Origin: Dicyema japonicum
Lineage: Eukaryota; Animalia; Dicyemida
NCBI GenBank assembly: GCA_011109175.1
Contig: RDEW01000038.1
Span: 301,380 to 365,379 of the forward strand
Length of the DNA: 64,000 nucleotides
Reading direction: 5' to 3'
The translations under genes were made by a program, and so were the position numbers. Position 1 is the stretch's first letter, and each line of letters opens with the position of its first letter. Of this stretch, positions 61,971 to 64,000 are shown in pieces. The notes below the pieces were generated by a model that worked only from the letters and a program-made list of their open reading frames with translations, did not search any database and was not told the origin of the DNA.

Positions 61971-63109
61971 TGTCGCGAGCGCTACTTGCAACTATGCGCT
62001 ACTTGCAATATCGATTTTTTTGAATTTTTTGAATTTTTTTCAATCTATGAAAATTGTTCTTTTGGATTAAAATTCTAATTTTTAGTAATATAAAATATTA
62101 ATTTTAATGTATAAAATTAATATAAACTATTAATTCTAATTTGAATTGTTATGTCACGTTTGTCCCACGTTGTTGTGGTGCTTCGTTTGTGCTAATGCCT
62201 AGTCCATATTATTTTTGTATTGTCTTACATTTTCTTCATTAATATATTAGTGGATTCATCAAATAGAGTTGAAAGGCTGTTATCAAAATGTCTAATATAT
62301 ATTTGGCTCAAATATGGCTCAAGCGAACCCCTTTTAGGGCCACGCGAAAGAGCTCTTAACTAACTAAATTAACTATATAGGTTTGCGTAAAAAAAGACCA
62401 TGGGACAAATCCCTCGCTAAAGTTAGGGAAATTTGAATTTGCCTACAGTGAAAAAGTGAAAGTCGTAGATATATTGTCTAACAAGCGAATGACACTTCAA
62501 TCAAATGAGGGACATAGCGAGATCTTCCACATGAGTCGCGTTAAAAAGCTTAAAAAGAAGTGACTTACCTTTTCTTATAAATAAAATATTTTTTTTTGAA
62601 TTTTTTGTCTTAATTGAAACTTAAATGAATACAATCGTATAACCTGGAATTTTTAATAGTTTAAAATATTGAAAAATGAAGAGTTTTATTGTTGAAATTA
62701 ATTTTTTAATTATTTAGAATGCTGGCTGAGGCAAAGAATTGGTATCGCTGTTATTCGCGGAAACGCTTACTCCGTGATGTCAGCAGCCGCTCTTCCTCAT
62801 AGTTAATAAATAATATTTTATTGTTAATAAATTTTTGTTTATAAAACATAAAAAAAAAAAAAAAAATTTAGAATGCTTATCAGTATTATTAATAGTAAGA
62901 TAATTTAAGAATTTAAAAAATAAATTCAATTTTATATTTTTTAAAGCATAACATAAATCTATATATAATTTTAGTTTCATGTTTTTTTGAGTAAAACTGG
63001 TTTCTTTAAAATGGTTCGACTTGTGAGTGTCTTAATACTACTCGTTTAATTTCGAGCAAAAAAAATCGATATTGCAGGTAGCGCATAGTTGCAAGTAGCG
63101 CTCGCGACA
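61971..63109 (+). mobile_element. Ginger-like transposon, family 3, copy B (non-autonomous deletion derivative)
   Basis: ~50-bp TIRs TGTCGCGAGCGCTACTTGCAACTATGCGCTAC... and TSD TATTA (61966-61970 and 63110-63114). Retains the integrase C-terminus VCVKKDHGTNPSLKLGKFE...KKLKKK*. Confidence 0.92.
62724..62866 (+). mobile_element. 143-bp CRE-like 3' stub with poly(A), inserted in Ginger copy B
   Basis: WLRQRIGIAVIRGNAYSV...* plus poly(A), with an 11-bp TSD, TTTAGAATGCT (62713-62723 and 62867-62877). Copy A has the empty site. Confidence 0.95.
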
Positions 63110-64000
63110 TATTATTCCCAAGATTTGGAAGAATTCTATCATCAGACCGATATTGAAGGCTGGGAAACCAGAGACAGAACCTGCATCCTACAGGCCTATT
63201 TCCGTTACCAGCACACTGTCAAAAATTATGGAGAAACTTGTATTATCAGTCATTATTCCGTATCTTCCACGTCCTATATTTCAACATGGTTTCCTCCGCG
63301 GTAAGTCCACCGCTACATACTTGGCTACTATCGCAGTTCATTGCCGACGGATTTAACACCCATCCCCGCCTCACAAACGCACAATCTTGGTTTCTATTGA
63401 CATCAACAAAGCCTTTGACACTGTTTCGAGGAAAATCCTGGTTGGAAAAATATTTTCTACTAATATTCGTCCGAATGTGAAATTATGGCTGGCCAACTTT
63501 TTGTCTGGAAGACGTGGAAGAGTAGTCAGTGGTGATCTCAGATCTAGATCACGATTACTACCGAACGGGGTACCCCAGGGGTCTCCACTTTCACCCATTC
63601 TATTCAACCTATTCCTACACGACCTACCTAATGATGGAGACGAAGATTCCCTGCTATTATCCTACGCAGACGACGTAGTCATTGCAATACGGAACCGCTC
63701 GACGCAAGTCGCATCCCTTAAAACTCAGACAAAATTGAAACTCTCCACGATTGGATTGTTGGCAATCGACTTAACGATTTCTGCAACCAAGTCTATCTGT
63801 TCCACATTCACGTCGGACCGTCGTTCCAAGGATGAACCGAGTTTTCATTGGTCCCACTCGGATTCCAGTGACAAGTCCCCCACTGTCCTTGGAGTCAAGT
63901 ACGACAGCCTTCTCAAATTCAACTCCCACGCAACAGACATGATCACCAGGGGCCTCCAGAAAGTTAACGTTATACGCGCCCTTGTTCGGAGGACCACGAG

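Larger units (their letters stand above)
60780..64000 (+). mobile_element. Ingi/Vingi-like LINE interrupted by Ginger copy B; runs off the window
   Basis: APE in ORF 60797..61444. SINYNIIPKIWKNS is restored on removing copy B. Then YRPISVTS, QHGF, DINKAFD, GVPQGSPLSP, YADD. Confidence 0.92.

Overview
Eukaryotic, AT-rich nuclear DNA. Most of the window is nested, decayed transposable elements: APE-RT LINEs of an ORF1-less Ingi/Vingi-like type, plus RTE, CR1/L2-like, CRE-like and R4/Dong-like RLE elements, Tc1, pogo, hAT, a tRNA-derived SINE, and four copies of an integrase-type DNA transposon with TGTC...GACA ends. Four host genes lie between them and are only readable after removing very short GT-AG introns (almost all 21-26 nt): a POU-specific-domain-only gene (15479-15863, -), a RAP1/TERF2IP homologue (19393-20415, -), an adhesion GPCR with an apparent duplicated GPS motif (35901-37935, +) and an SLC17/sialin-like transporter (52352-53896, -). 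Metazoan-type genes with such small introns suggest a dicyemid-like parasite (inference). The best candidates for something undescribed are the Ginger-like integrase transposons with 5-bp TATTA/TATTT target duplications, a covarying 3' stem-loop shared by divergent LINEs, and the unusual host-gene architectures (in-frame TAG in RAP1, double GPS, POU without a homeodomain). Family assignments come from motif recognition by eye; no database search was run. Coordinates of decayed element edges are approximate.
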